Origin: Acidobacteriota bacterium
Lineage (GTDB): Bacteria > Acidobacteriota > Vicinamibacteria > Vicinamibacterales > UBA2999
NCBI GenBank assembly: GCA_046727855.1
Contig: JBKPDL010000006.1
Span: 27,509 to 91,508 of the forward strand
DNA length: 64,000 nucleotides
Direction of reading: 5' to 3'
Position 1 is the stretch's first letter, and every line of letters starts with the position of its first letter. Below the pieces are notes generated by a model. It had not been told where the DNA came from and made no database searches. It was given only the letters and a program-made list of their open reading frames with translations. Made by a program: the position numbers and the translations under genes. Below are positions 9,820 through 17,636 of this stretch, one piece after another.

Positions 9820-10440
9820 GTGTGCTCCCGTTGGCTTCTCGCGCTGGTGATCGCCGCCGCTTCATCGACCAGCGGCGGCTGTTCTCCACCTCCCGAGAAC
9901 TACACGGCGAAGATCACGAATCAGCGCGCGCAGAAAGACGAGTTCCTTCGGCAATCGCCGGACATCATCCGCCCCGACGAGCGCGAGAAGTTCCTCCCGA
10001 TCTCCTACTTCGCAATCGACGAAAGCTATGCCGTGCCTGCACAGTTGCAGCCCACGCAGGATCGCCTCCGCATGGAGGTGCCGACCTCGACGGGCAAGCT
10101 GCGCGCCATGGAGCGGGTGGGATTTTTGCAGTTCACACTCAAGGGGCAGCCGCTTCGGCTGAGTGCGCTCGTGGACGCTGGCACGACGAGAATTGATCGG
10201 CTGTCGGTATTGTTTTCGGACCTGACGAGCGGCACAGAAACCTATCAGGCGGGTCGCTATATGGATCTGGATCCGACGCCGACCGGGATTTACATCGTTG
10301 ACTTTAATCTGGCCTATCACCCGTACTGCTACTACAACCCTGAGTACGACTGTCCGTACCCGCCGCCCGAGAACCGATTGAAAGTCCCGATTCGCGCGGG
10401 CGAGAAGCTGCGCCCGGCGGACACGACGGTGCTGCGATGA
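9820..10440 (+). CDS. DUF1684-family protein (probable lipoprotein)
   Basis: N-terminal hydrophobic signal with Cys (AAASSTSGGCSPP). C-terminal LAYHPYCYYNPEYDCPYPPPENRL matches the characteristic DUF1684 Cys/Pro motif as I recall it. Confidence 0.7.
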   Translation: MCSRWLLALVIAAASSTSGGCSPPPENYTAKITNQRAQKDEFLRQSPDIIRPDEREKFLPISYFAIDESYAVPAQLQPTQDRLRMEVPTSTGKLRAMERVGFLQFTLKGQPLRLSALVDAGTTRIDRLSVLFSDLTSGTETYQAGRYMDLDPTPTGIYIVDFNLAYHPYCYYNPEYDCPYPPPENRLKVPIRAGEKLRPADTTVLR

Positions 10441-11318
10441 CGGCGCGGCGCACGTTGGCCGAGCAACTCGCGGCGGCTGCGGATCGCCCTGGTCCGGATT
10501 TGGCCGCGCCAGCGTTCCTGATTGCCCGCATCGAGTACCCGCATCTCGATCCGGGACCCTACCTGGATCGGATCGACGAGCTTGGCGACGTCGCGCTGCA
10601 TCGCGTTGCCGCCGACCCAGGTCACCACGGACCTCTCGCGGGACGAGTCGACGCGCTCAACCGGTATCTGTTCAGCGAGCTCGGATTCTTTGGCAATCGC
10701 GAACAGTACGACGATCCGCGCAACAGCTATCTCAACGAGGTGCTCGATCGCCGCACCGGAATTCCGATTTCGCTGGCGCTTGTTTACATCGAAGTCGCGC
10801 GCCGTGCGGGGCTGCGCGCCGAGGGCATCAACTTTCCCGGCCACTTTCTGGTGCGCGTGCTGCAGGACCTGCACACCGACGATCCCGGCGACGGCCTGAT
10901 CGTGGATCCATTTCACGGCGGCGCGATTCTCAACGAAACCGACTGCCGTTCGCTGCTGCATCGTCTCGGGGAAAATACCGCCTTCGAGCCGCAGCTGCTC
11001 GCGCGCGCAACACGGCGGGAAATCCTCGTGCGCATGCTGCTCAACCTCAAACGCATTTATGTCCGCTGGCGATCGTTCCCACAGGCGCGCACCATCACTG
11101 ACCTGCTGCTCGCCATCTCACCCGCGTCGCTCAGTGAGCTGCGCGATCGTGGTCTGCTCGCCTATCACATGAACGACTTTCCGGCCGCACTCCGCGATCT
11201 CGAGCACTACCTGAAGCACTCGCGCGTGCTCGAAGCGGACGAAGAGCAAAAGAAGGAACACGAGCAGGTCTGGGAGCACGTCAAGGCGCTGCGCAGGAGA
11301 GTAGCGTCAATGAATTGA
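10437..11318 (+). CDS. SirB1/YchA-like protein (transglutaminase-like N-domain plus TPR-like C-domain)
   Basis: ATGA overlap with the previous gene. GIPISLALVYIEVARRAGL...INFPGHFLVR core and a helical C-terminal repeat region. Confidence 0.65.
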   Translation: MTARRTLAEQLAAAADRPGPDLAAPAFLIARIEYPHLDPGPYLDRIDELGDVALHRVAADPGHHGPLAGRVDALNRYLFSELGFFGNREQYDDPRNSYLNEVLDRRTGIPISLALVYIEVARRAGLRAEGINFPGHFLVRVLQDLHTDDPGDGLIVDPFHGGAILNETDCRSLLHRLGENTAFEPQLLARATRREILVRMLLNLKRIYVRWRSFPQARTITDLLLAISPASLSELRDRGLLAYHMNDFPAALRDLEHYLKHSRVLEADEEQKKEHEQVWEHVKALRRRVASMN

Positions 11319-11374
11319 ACTGGCCGTCTTCGTTCGTCGTTCTTCGTTCGTCGAATCCGCGCAGCACGTGCAGG

Positions 11375-12745
11375 TCAGGAAAGGGCAGCGATCTCTTTGT
11401 AAAGGTACGCGGAGGCGATGACGCCGTTGTGAAAGTTACCAAGATCGAGCTTTTCGTCGGGAGCGTGGGCGTTTTCGTCGGGCAGTCCCACACCGAACAG
11501 GACGCACGGCAGGCCCAGCTCCTCCTGAAACGTGGCGACCACGGGAATCGAGCCGCCCTCGCGATTGAATAGCGGGCGCTTGCCAAAGCCTTGTTCGATC
11601 GCGCGCGCTGCGGCCTGCACGAATGGATTGTCGAATGCCGTCATCCACGGCCTGCCGCCGTGCATCCGCGTTACCTTCAACTCGACCGTCTTGGGTGTGA
11701 CTTTCTTCACGTACGCTTCGAACAAGTCGCCGATCTTCTGCGGATCCTGATTGGGTACAAGCCGCATGCTCACCTTCGCCATCGCCACGGCTGGAATGAC
11801 CGTCTTGGCGCCCTCGCCGGTAAATCCTGAAAGCAGTCCGTTCACCTCGAACGTCGGTCGGGCCCAGAGGCGCTCGAGCGTCGTGTAGCCGGCTTCGCCG
11901 AATAACTTGGGCGCACCCAGATCCTGCTTGTACTTGCGCTCGTTGAACGGCAGCCTGGCGAATTCCTGGCGCTCTTCGTCGCGCAGCGGCACGACATCGT
12001 CGTAGAAGTTCGGGATCTTGACGCGTCCGCTCTTGTCCTTCATCTGCGCGAGTACTTGTGCCAGAACCATTGCGGGATTGGCAACCGCGCCGCCGAACGA
12101 GCCGGAGTGGAGGTCCGACTTCGTGCCGCGCAAATCGATCTGGAAGTAGGTCAGTCCGCGAAGGCCGTAGCAAATCGACGGCACACCGCGCTCGAACATG
12201 GGCGAGTCGCTGATGACCACGACGTTCGACTTGAGCAGATCCTTGTGCGCGTTGATGAAGTTATCGAGGTTGGCGCTGCCGACTTCTTCCTCGCCCTCGA
12301 GCAGGAACTTCATGTTGACCGGAAGCCTTCCGTTCTGCTTGATGTGCGCTTCGACGGCCTTGAAGTGCATGAAGACCTGACCCTTGTCGTCGGCGGCTCC
12401 GCGTGCGTAGATTTCGCCGTCGCGAATCGTTGCTTCGAACGGCGGCGACGTCCACAGGTTCAAGGGATCGACCGGCTGGACGTCGTAGTGACCGTAAAAC
12501 AGAATCGTGGGCGCGCCGTCGGCGCCGAGCCATTCGCCGTATACAACCGGATGCCCGGGCGTTTCCTCGAGCCGCACATTCTGCAGGCCAATGCGCGTCA
12601 TCTCTGTCTGTGTCCACTCGGCGCAGCGCCTGACATCGGACGCGTGTTGCGGCAGCGCGCTGATGCTCGGGATCGCCAGATACTGTTTGAGTTCTTCGAT
12701 ATAGCGATCGCGGTTGACGTGGATGAAGTCGACGACGTTTTCCAT
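11375..12745 (-). CDS. M20-family metallodipeptidase
   Basis: M20 metal-ligand motifs FYGHYDVQP, ARGAADDKGQ, LLEGEEEVGS. Length is 456 aa. Confidence 0.85.
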   Translation of the reverse strand: MENVVDFIHVNRDRYIEELKQYLAIPSISALPQHASDVRRCAEWTQTEMTRIGLQNVRLEETPGHPVVYGEWLGADGAPTILFYGHYDVQPVDPLNLWTSPPFEATIRDGEIYARGAADDKGQVFMHFKAVEAHIKQNGRLPVNMKFLLEGEEEVGSANLDNFINAHKDLLKSNVVVISDSPMFERGVPSICYGLRGLTYFQIDLRGTKSDLHSGSFGGAVANPAMVLAQVLAQMKDKSGRVKIPNFYDDVVPLRDEERQEFARLPFNERKYKQDLGAPKLFGEAGYTTLERLWARPTFEVNGLLSGFTGEGAKTVIPAVAMAKVSMRLVPNQDPQKIGDLFEAYVKKVTPKTVELKVTRMHGGRPWMTAFDNPFVQAAARAIEQGFGKRPLFNREGGSIPVVATFQEELGLPCVLFGVGLPDENAHAPDEKLDLGNFHNGVIASAYLYKEIAALS

Positions 12746-12796
12746 AACAAGCTCAGCCGCCTGTGCGGCAAGGCGCGACGTGCGTGATGCCGTGCG

Positions 12797-13591
12797 TCAG
12801 TATATCGCCCGCATTTGCCAGCTGTCGCCGACGCGCTGCACCACACCCTCCTGATCGAGTTTCAGCAAGTGCGCGAGCACGCTCTCGCGCGCCATCGGCT
12901 TGAGCGCCGGATCCAGAGCGGTATAGATCCGGCTGGTAATCGCGTCGAGATCGCTGAGGCCCGCCTCGAGCGCGGCCAATACTTGCCGTTCACGAATATG
13001 TCGATGCGTGATGTACTCGCGGATGAGCGTTTGCGGATCTTCGATGGGCGGACCGTGCGCGGGCAACAGCCGGATCGGCGCGAGCGCGCTCACGCGATTG
13101 AGCGACTCGAGGTAAGCGGCCAGGCTGCCGCCGAACGACGCAGGAATCACCACGGTGCTTCCACGCACCACGAGGTCGCCGCTGAATAACGACCGCGTCG
13201 GATCGTGCCAAAGAGAAATATGGTCCGGAGCGTGGCCAGGTGTGTGGATCACCTGGATCGACCCGTCCCCGGCGGTCAGCACATCGCCGTCTGACACGTA
13301 GTGCCATTCGACCGGGTACTTCGAATCGCGCTCGGGCCAGCGCATCTTCGAAAACCGCGCGTTCGGCCAGCGCGCCGCGAGCGCGGCAGCTCCGGACGCA
13401 TGATCGTCATGGGCATGCGTCACCACGACGTGAGCAGGACCATCTGGCACGTGCGCAGCGATGGAATCGAGATGCTCTTGCTTGCCGACGCCGGCGTCGA
13501 TGAGCACAGGCGTCGCTCCGGTCAGCAGATACGTCCAGTTGCCGCTGCCGGTCATCGTTCCCGGATTGCCGGCATGAAGCGGGATGATCAA
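12797..13591 (-). CDS. MBL-fold metallo-hydrolase with C-terminal winged-helix-like tail
   Basis: HxHxDH motif VVVTHAHDDHASG, later HTPGHAPDH. Length is 264 aa. Confidence 0.8.
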   Translation of the reverse strand: MIIPLHAGNPGTMTGSGNWTYLLTGATPVLIDAGVGKQEHLDSIAAHVPDGPAHVVVTHAHDDHASGAAALAARWPNARFSKMRWPERDSKYPVEWHYVSDGDVLTAGDGSIQVIHTPGHAPDHISLWHDPTRSLFSGDLVVRGSTVVIPASFGGSLAAYLESLNRVSALAPIRLLPAHGPPIEDPQTLIREYITHRHIRERQVLAALEAGLSDLDAITSRIYTALDPALKPMARESVLAHLLKLDQEGVVQRVGDSWQMRAIY

Positions 13592-13641
13592 ACAAAAACC
13601 CGGTCACGCGTGGCCCCATCCCGTGAGGCCCGCTACACCCC

Positions 13642-13848
13642 TCAGGTGCCACCAAACCCAATTGTGACGTTGCCGTTTTCGACGATCACCGGCACTTGCC
13701 GGCGGCCACCCGAATACTCGAGCATGCGCGCGAGCGCCGCCGAGTCCTTCTTGACGTTGAAATACTGATGCCGCTGCTGATACTCCTCACGGGCGGCTTG
13801 CGTGTAGGGTCAGGTGTCCTTCCCGAAAATCAGGACAGCATCGGCCAT
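13642..13848 (-). CDS. Glutaredoxin-like (YruB/NrdH-type) small redox protein with in-frame TGA at the active-site Cys position; candidate selenoprotein (68 codons)
   Basis: Hand translation of the minus strand gives MADAVLIFGKDT-TGA-PYTQAAREEYQQRHQYFNVKKDSAALARMLEYSGGRRQVPVIVENGNVTIGFGGT-stop. TGA lies at 13810-13812. The translation aligns with the glutaredoxin pattern (V.IYTK.TCPYC ... TVP.I.. ... GG). It is absent from the ORF track because the TGA splits it into pieces under 60 aa. Confidence 0.65.
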
Positions 13849-13865
13849 GTCTGCACGTTAGCAGG

Positions 13866-15014
13866 TCACGACGATCGCGACAAGCTCGCCAGTGCCATCA
13901 CGCACGCCACCGACATAATCGCTGCCGCGCTCAGATACGGCGTTGTCGGCCCGAACCGATCGAAGAGCAAACCGCCCCAGGCGGGACCGACAATGCGCCC
14001 AAGGCTGGCAAGCGATTGCGCAAGACCAAGCACGCCCCCTTGATCGTTCGGATCCGACAGGCGCGAGATCACCGCCGAGAGCGATGGACTATTGAATCCC
14101 ATGCCGCACGCAAGCAACCCGCACGCGGCGAGGAGTACCGGTATTGACTGGGCGAGCGGCACCAGGGCGAGTCCCACCGCGACGACACCCAAGGCAGCGG
14201 GAATCAGGCGATGCTCGCCCGTTACACGCACCACTCGGCCGACGAGCACGCCTTGCACGAACGACAGCACGAACCCGATGAACGCAAACACGTAACCGAT
14301 GTTCGCGCTGGTAAGCCCGAAACGGCGCTCCGTAAACAGTGCAAATGTCGCCTCGAAGCCCGAAAACGCCACGCTGACGACGAAATAGAGGAGCAGCAGA
14401 AGCAGGAGCTTCGGCGTCGCAAACGAGCGGCGAAACAGATCGAACCGGCCGAGCGTCTGGCGCGCGCGGCTGACGGATCGCGACTCAGGCAGCAGAAGCC
14501 AGGCGGCGAGAAAGTTGGCGAAGCAGAGCGCCGATGCGACCCACATCGGCGCCGCGGGGCCAAGGTGCGTGAGTACGCCGCCCAGCGCCGGACCGAAGAT
14601 GAAGCCGAGGCCAAAGGCGGCGCCCACCATGCCCATGCCTCTCGCCCGATTCTCCGGCGTGGTGATGTCCGCAATGTAGGCCTGCGCCGTCGGAATGTTC
14701 GCACCGGCGATACCGCCCACGATTCTAGCGGCGAGGATCAACGCGAGCGAGTCGGCGAGCGCCAGCGCGAGATACGACACGCACGACCCGACCAGCCCAA
14801 TCAGGATGATCGGACGCCGTCCGACGCGATCCGACCAGCGACCCCAGATCGGCGCGAACACGAACTGCATCAACGAATAGACCGTTCCCAACATGCCCAC
14901 CGTGAAGGCGTTGGCGCCGTACGATTCCGCATAGAACGGCAGCAGCGGAATGATGATGCCGAAGCCGAGCAGGTCGATGAAGACCGTGACAAAGATGATG
15001 ACGAGCGGCGACAC
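13866..15014 (-). CDS. MFS transporter (drug/H+ antiporter-like, 12 TM)
   Basis: Hydrophobic profile throughout and the MFS motif-A-like GRWSDRVGRRPI. GTG 15014 lies 1 nt after the pcs stop (15016-15018). The longer track ORF (to 15101) would overlap pcs. Confidence 0.8.
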   Translation of the reverse strand: MSPLVIIFVTVFIDLLGFGIIIPLLPFYAESYGANAFTVGMLGTVYSLMQFVFAPIWGRWSDRVGRRPIILIGLVGSCVSYLALALADSLALILAARIVGGIAGANIPTAQAYIADITTPENRARGMGMVGAAFGLGFIFGPALGGVLTHLGPAAPMWVASALCFANFLAAWLLLPESRSVSRARQTLGRFDLFRRSFATPKLLLLLLLYFVVSVAFSGFEATFALFTERRFGLTSANIGYVFAFIGFVLSFVQGVLVGRVVRVTGEHRLIPAALGVVAVGLALVPLAQSIPVLLAACGLLACGMGFNSPSLSAVISRLSDPNDQGGVLGLAQSLASLGRIVGPAWGGLLFDRFGPTTPYLSAAAIMSVACVMALASLSRSS

Positions 15015-15015
15015 G

Positions 15016-15708
15016 TCAGTGACGCACTTTCCAGTACAGCCAGAGCGAGAGTGCCGCGTAATAGATCGGAAACAACAGCGACAGTGCAGCCCACGGTCCA
15101 TCGGTTGCAGGCAGACGCCAGACAGACCAAATCACGATCGCGCCCCACACCACGCCGAGAAGCACAGTCAGTGAGCGCAGCGTTTGGGTGCGCGAGGGAT
15201 AGACGTATCGCAGCGGCACGAATACAAGAGCCACGAACGCGATCAGAATCGCCGCGTTCCTCGCGGGCGAGAAATGCAGCACGTACAAGTAGAAGACGAC
15301 GATGTTCCAGTATGAGGGGAAGCCGGTGAAAAAGTGTTCCCGGTCATGAACCTTCGCGTCGGATCGGCTGAATCCGTATCCGCTCGCGATCAGAATCGCC
15401 ATGCCGATCCAGACACTCCATGCTTCTGGAACGAGTTGCGCCCGAATCACGATGAGCACGGGAATGAAGACGTACGTGATGTAGTCGATCAGGTTGTCGA
15501 GCAACGCACCGTCGAACCATGGCAGCCGCCCCTTGACTTTCGCGGCGCGCGCGAGCAGCCCGTCGGTCGAGTCGATGAAGATTTGGACACCCAGCCAGAA
15601 GAACGCGGCACGAAAGTCGTCGGCGAACACGGCGAGCGTGGAGAGCAGCGCGGCCGCGGCGCCGAGCGCCGTATACAAGTGCGCGATCCAAGCGAACACC
15701 ACGTTCAC
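15016..15708 (-). CDS. pcs: Phosphatidylcholine synthase (CDP-alcohol phosphatidyltransferase family)
   Basis: CDP-alcohol motif DSTDGLLARAAKV...GALLDNLIDYITYV. Pcs-like segments AHLYTALGAA and EHFFTGFPSYWNIVVFYLYV resemble rhizobial Pcs as I recall it. Confidence 0.7.
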   Translation of the reverse strand: MNVVFAWIAHLYTALGAAAALLSTLAVFADDFRAAFFWLGVQIFIDSTDGLLARAAKVKGRLPWFDGALLDNLIDYITYVFIPVLIVIRAQLVPEAWSVWIGMAILIASGYGFSRSDAKVHDREHFFTGFPSYWNIVVFYLYVLHFSPARNAAILIAFVALVFVPLRYVYPSRTQTLRSLTVLLGVVWGAIVIWSVWRLPATDGPWAALSLLFPIYYAALSLWLYWKVRH

Positions 15709-15835
15709 TCCCTCAATTCACTCGCGCCGCGAATGGTGGCATCGACGTGATGCGAGTGGATGGGCCGAAACGAGCGGCTTTTCGCACGGCTCGCGCCGTT
15801 GGCGCTACACACTGAAGCGAGCTCCGTTTTTAGAG
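15709..15835 (+). repeat. Intergenic repeat family 1, copy B (about 127 nt)
   Basis: Fills the gap between the pcs start codon (15706-15708) and the ThyX-like gene. The stop codon of the ThyX-like gene (15830-15832) lies in the repeat tail TTTTTAGAG. Confidence 0.8.
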
Positions 15836-17377
15836 CCGGCGCTGAGCGTTGGGGAAACTGTTCCAGACGGGCACACCACAGAAGTGGGTGCCTTCGGTGC
15901 ATCGCGGCGACACCAGCTTGTTCCGCAACACGCAGGGTGGACCAAGGTGGCGCGCGAGGCGCGCGTGAATCGCGCCAACCTGCTCGATTTCGTCCATCGA
16001 CGCCAGGTAGATCTCTTCCTGCGCGTTGAAACAGGTACGTAACGTCCACTTGTGTTGCAGGGCGATCATCGTCCCGGACTCGACCAATCGCAGCGCCTTG
16101 GCGTTGGGCAACACATACAACGCGAATTCGAGCGGGACACCGAGCGAGAGGAGCTTATTCTTGGCCGTCCAGGCGTCCTGCATCGAGCGCTCGTAGACCG
16201 CAAACGCCGCGGGATTCCGCTGGATCAACGTCGGCGTGACGAAATCGGGCGCCGTCGTGTCCGCGAACGTGAGCAGCGGCCGCGAGGCCGGCACCATGCG
16301 ATGACGCTGATCCTGCGAATCGGCGGTGTGACTCAGCCGCTTTTCAAACACGTACGAGGCGTGATGCAACGCCCGCATCATCGGCGAGTGATACGACACG
16401 TTGAGCATGTCGACGCGGTACTTGTTGCGTGCCGGATTCATCACGCGATCGATCGCGTCGTCATCTGACAGCTCGTCGGCCGTGAGGCCAAACGTCGAAC
16501 GCACGGCGTCGGCGACAACCGTTTCCGCATTGGGCGACCAGTCGCGCAGCTTTGAGACACGCCCTTCCAGCCGGCGATCGAAATCGCGAACAAACGCGTC
16601 GCCTTCGGCGCGCGGGCGGGGAAAATTCTTCTCCGGCAGCTCATCGGCCTGCAGCGTCTCGAGGCCAACCTTCTCGAAAAACAGCGGATCGACCCGGTTG
16701 ACCAGATCGACCATACGGCCGATGACCAGCCGCGCTTCGTACGGCGTGTCGCCGGAGCTCAGCATGCGATGAAGGCGATGCAGAACGAGGCCGGAGATCG
16801 TGTGCACCATTGAGGTGAACGCGCCAATCGGCACCACATAACGTGCGGTTTCGATGGCCTTTTTCTCCGCCTCGCGCTCGACCGCTTTCAGACGCTCTGG
16901 CGTGTTGGTGGCGCGTACGTAGCGCAGCTCTTTGAGGATCGCCCACGCGTCGTCTTTGAGAATCGACGACAGCCGCTCGTATGCGTCCCACGCCCGTAGC
17001 ACTTCCTGTTCGTAAACGTCCAGCGCGTCGCCGTCAATCGGCGGCACAAACGCACGCGGTTCCCGCAGCTTGACGTATCGCTGGCTCGACTGCTCCGAGT
17101 TGTAGAACGGATAGCCGTGCAGCACGCTCCACACGAACTGCCTGGAGATGTTCTCCATGCCAAACTCGAAGTGGGCGTGCTGGAAGACGGTGTGATGGCC
17201 GCCGTCAAACGTCAGCGGGCCAATCGAATTGCGCTGCTTTTCGGTAATTTCGGCGGGTGCGATCACGCGAGGCGAGTAGCAGGTGCGCGCCGCCGCAATC
17301 GCTCCGTCATACGGAACCCCCGGAGCATTGCGCAGCGTGATGTTCGGCTCTCCGGTGGCTAGAGCGAGCGTCGGCAT
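15830..17377 (-). CDS. Tandem-domain flavin-dependent thymidylate synthase (ThyX)-like protein, 515 aa
   Basis: There are two ThyX-like halves. Half 1 reads GGHHTVFQHAHFEF...RQFVWSVLHGYPFYNSEQSSQRY (the S-x-R-Y part is kept, the RHR part is lost). Half 2 reads HHASYVFEKRLSHTADSQDQRHRMVPASRP and later NAQEEI (RHR is kept). Confidence 0.7.
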   Translation of the reverse strand: MPTLALATGEPNITLRNAPGVPYDGAIAAARTCYSPRVIAPAEITEKQRNSIGPLTFDGGHHTVFQHAHFEFGMENISRQFVWSVLHGYPFYNSEQSSQRYVKLREPRAFVPPIDGDALDVYEQEVLRAWDAYERLSSILKDDAWAILKELRYVRATNTPERLKAVEREAEKKAIETARYVVPIGAFTSMVHTISGLVLHRLHRMLSSGDTPYEARLVIGRMVDLVNRVDPLFFEKVGLETLQADELPEKNFPRPRAEGDAFVRDFDRRLEGRVSKLRDWSPNAETVVADAVRSTFGLTADELSDDDAIDRVMNPARNKYRVDMLNVSYHSPMMRALHHASYVFEKRLSHTADSQDQRHRMVPASRPLLTFADTTAPDFVTPTLIQRNPAAFAVYERSMQDAWTAKNKLLSLGVPLEFALYVLPNAKALRLVESGTMIALQHKWTLRTCFNAQEEIYLASMDEIEQVGAIHARLARHLGPPCVLRNKLVSPRCTEGTHFCGVPVWNSFPNAQRRL

Positions 17378-17393
17378 TTAAAGCGTCAGTATA

Positions 17394-17460
17394 GCGAACC
17401 TGCCACGTGCCTGCCCTGAGCGAGTCGAAGGGCCTGCCCTGAGCGAGCGACGCGAACCTG
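17394..17460. repeat. Two tandem 23-nt units (CCTGCCCTGAGCGAG..) bracketed by a 10-nt direct repeat GCGAACCTGC
   Basis: Read directly: GCGAACCTGC-CACGTG-CCTGCCCTGAGCGAGTCGAAGGG-CCTGCCCTGAGCGAGCGAC-GCGAACCTGC. The same core recurs inside lpdA (36966-37037). Confidence 0.75.
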
Positions 17461-17469
17461 CAATCCTGT

Positions 17470-17519
17470 GTTATGCGGCCACAGACGTGAATTTTGCACA
17501 CGTTGTGGACCCGCATAAC
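17470..17519. other. Long imperfect hairpin (about 19 bp stem, 9-nt AT-rich loop) between def and the ThyX-like gene
   Basis: GTTATGCGG-CCAC-A-G-CGTG pairs with CACG-T-T-GTGG-CCGCATAAC (the G and one T form a wobble pair) around the loop AATTTTGCA, with two small bulges. No T-run follows on either strand. Confidence 0.55.
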
Positions 17520-17636
17520 GGTCTACGGCAGGGCCCTTGGCTAGTTAAGTTAGGTTGTCAGCCCGCGTGCGAGAGCCATCGCATGATGTTTCGCGCGAAC
17601 CGCTCATTGTCGCTAGACGACAGTGCCCGCCAGGGC

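Noticed and set aside
14211-15329. 372-aa plus-strand ORF rich in Arg/Glu/Asp
   Set aside because: It is antisense to the MFS transporter and pcs, whose hydrophobic periodicity and motifs are convincing. Similar shadow ORFs were rejected on the same grounds at 21368-22399, 22676-23563, 57188-58159, 59066-60229, 59562-60521, 61342-62193, 40825-41352 and 44440-45609.
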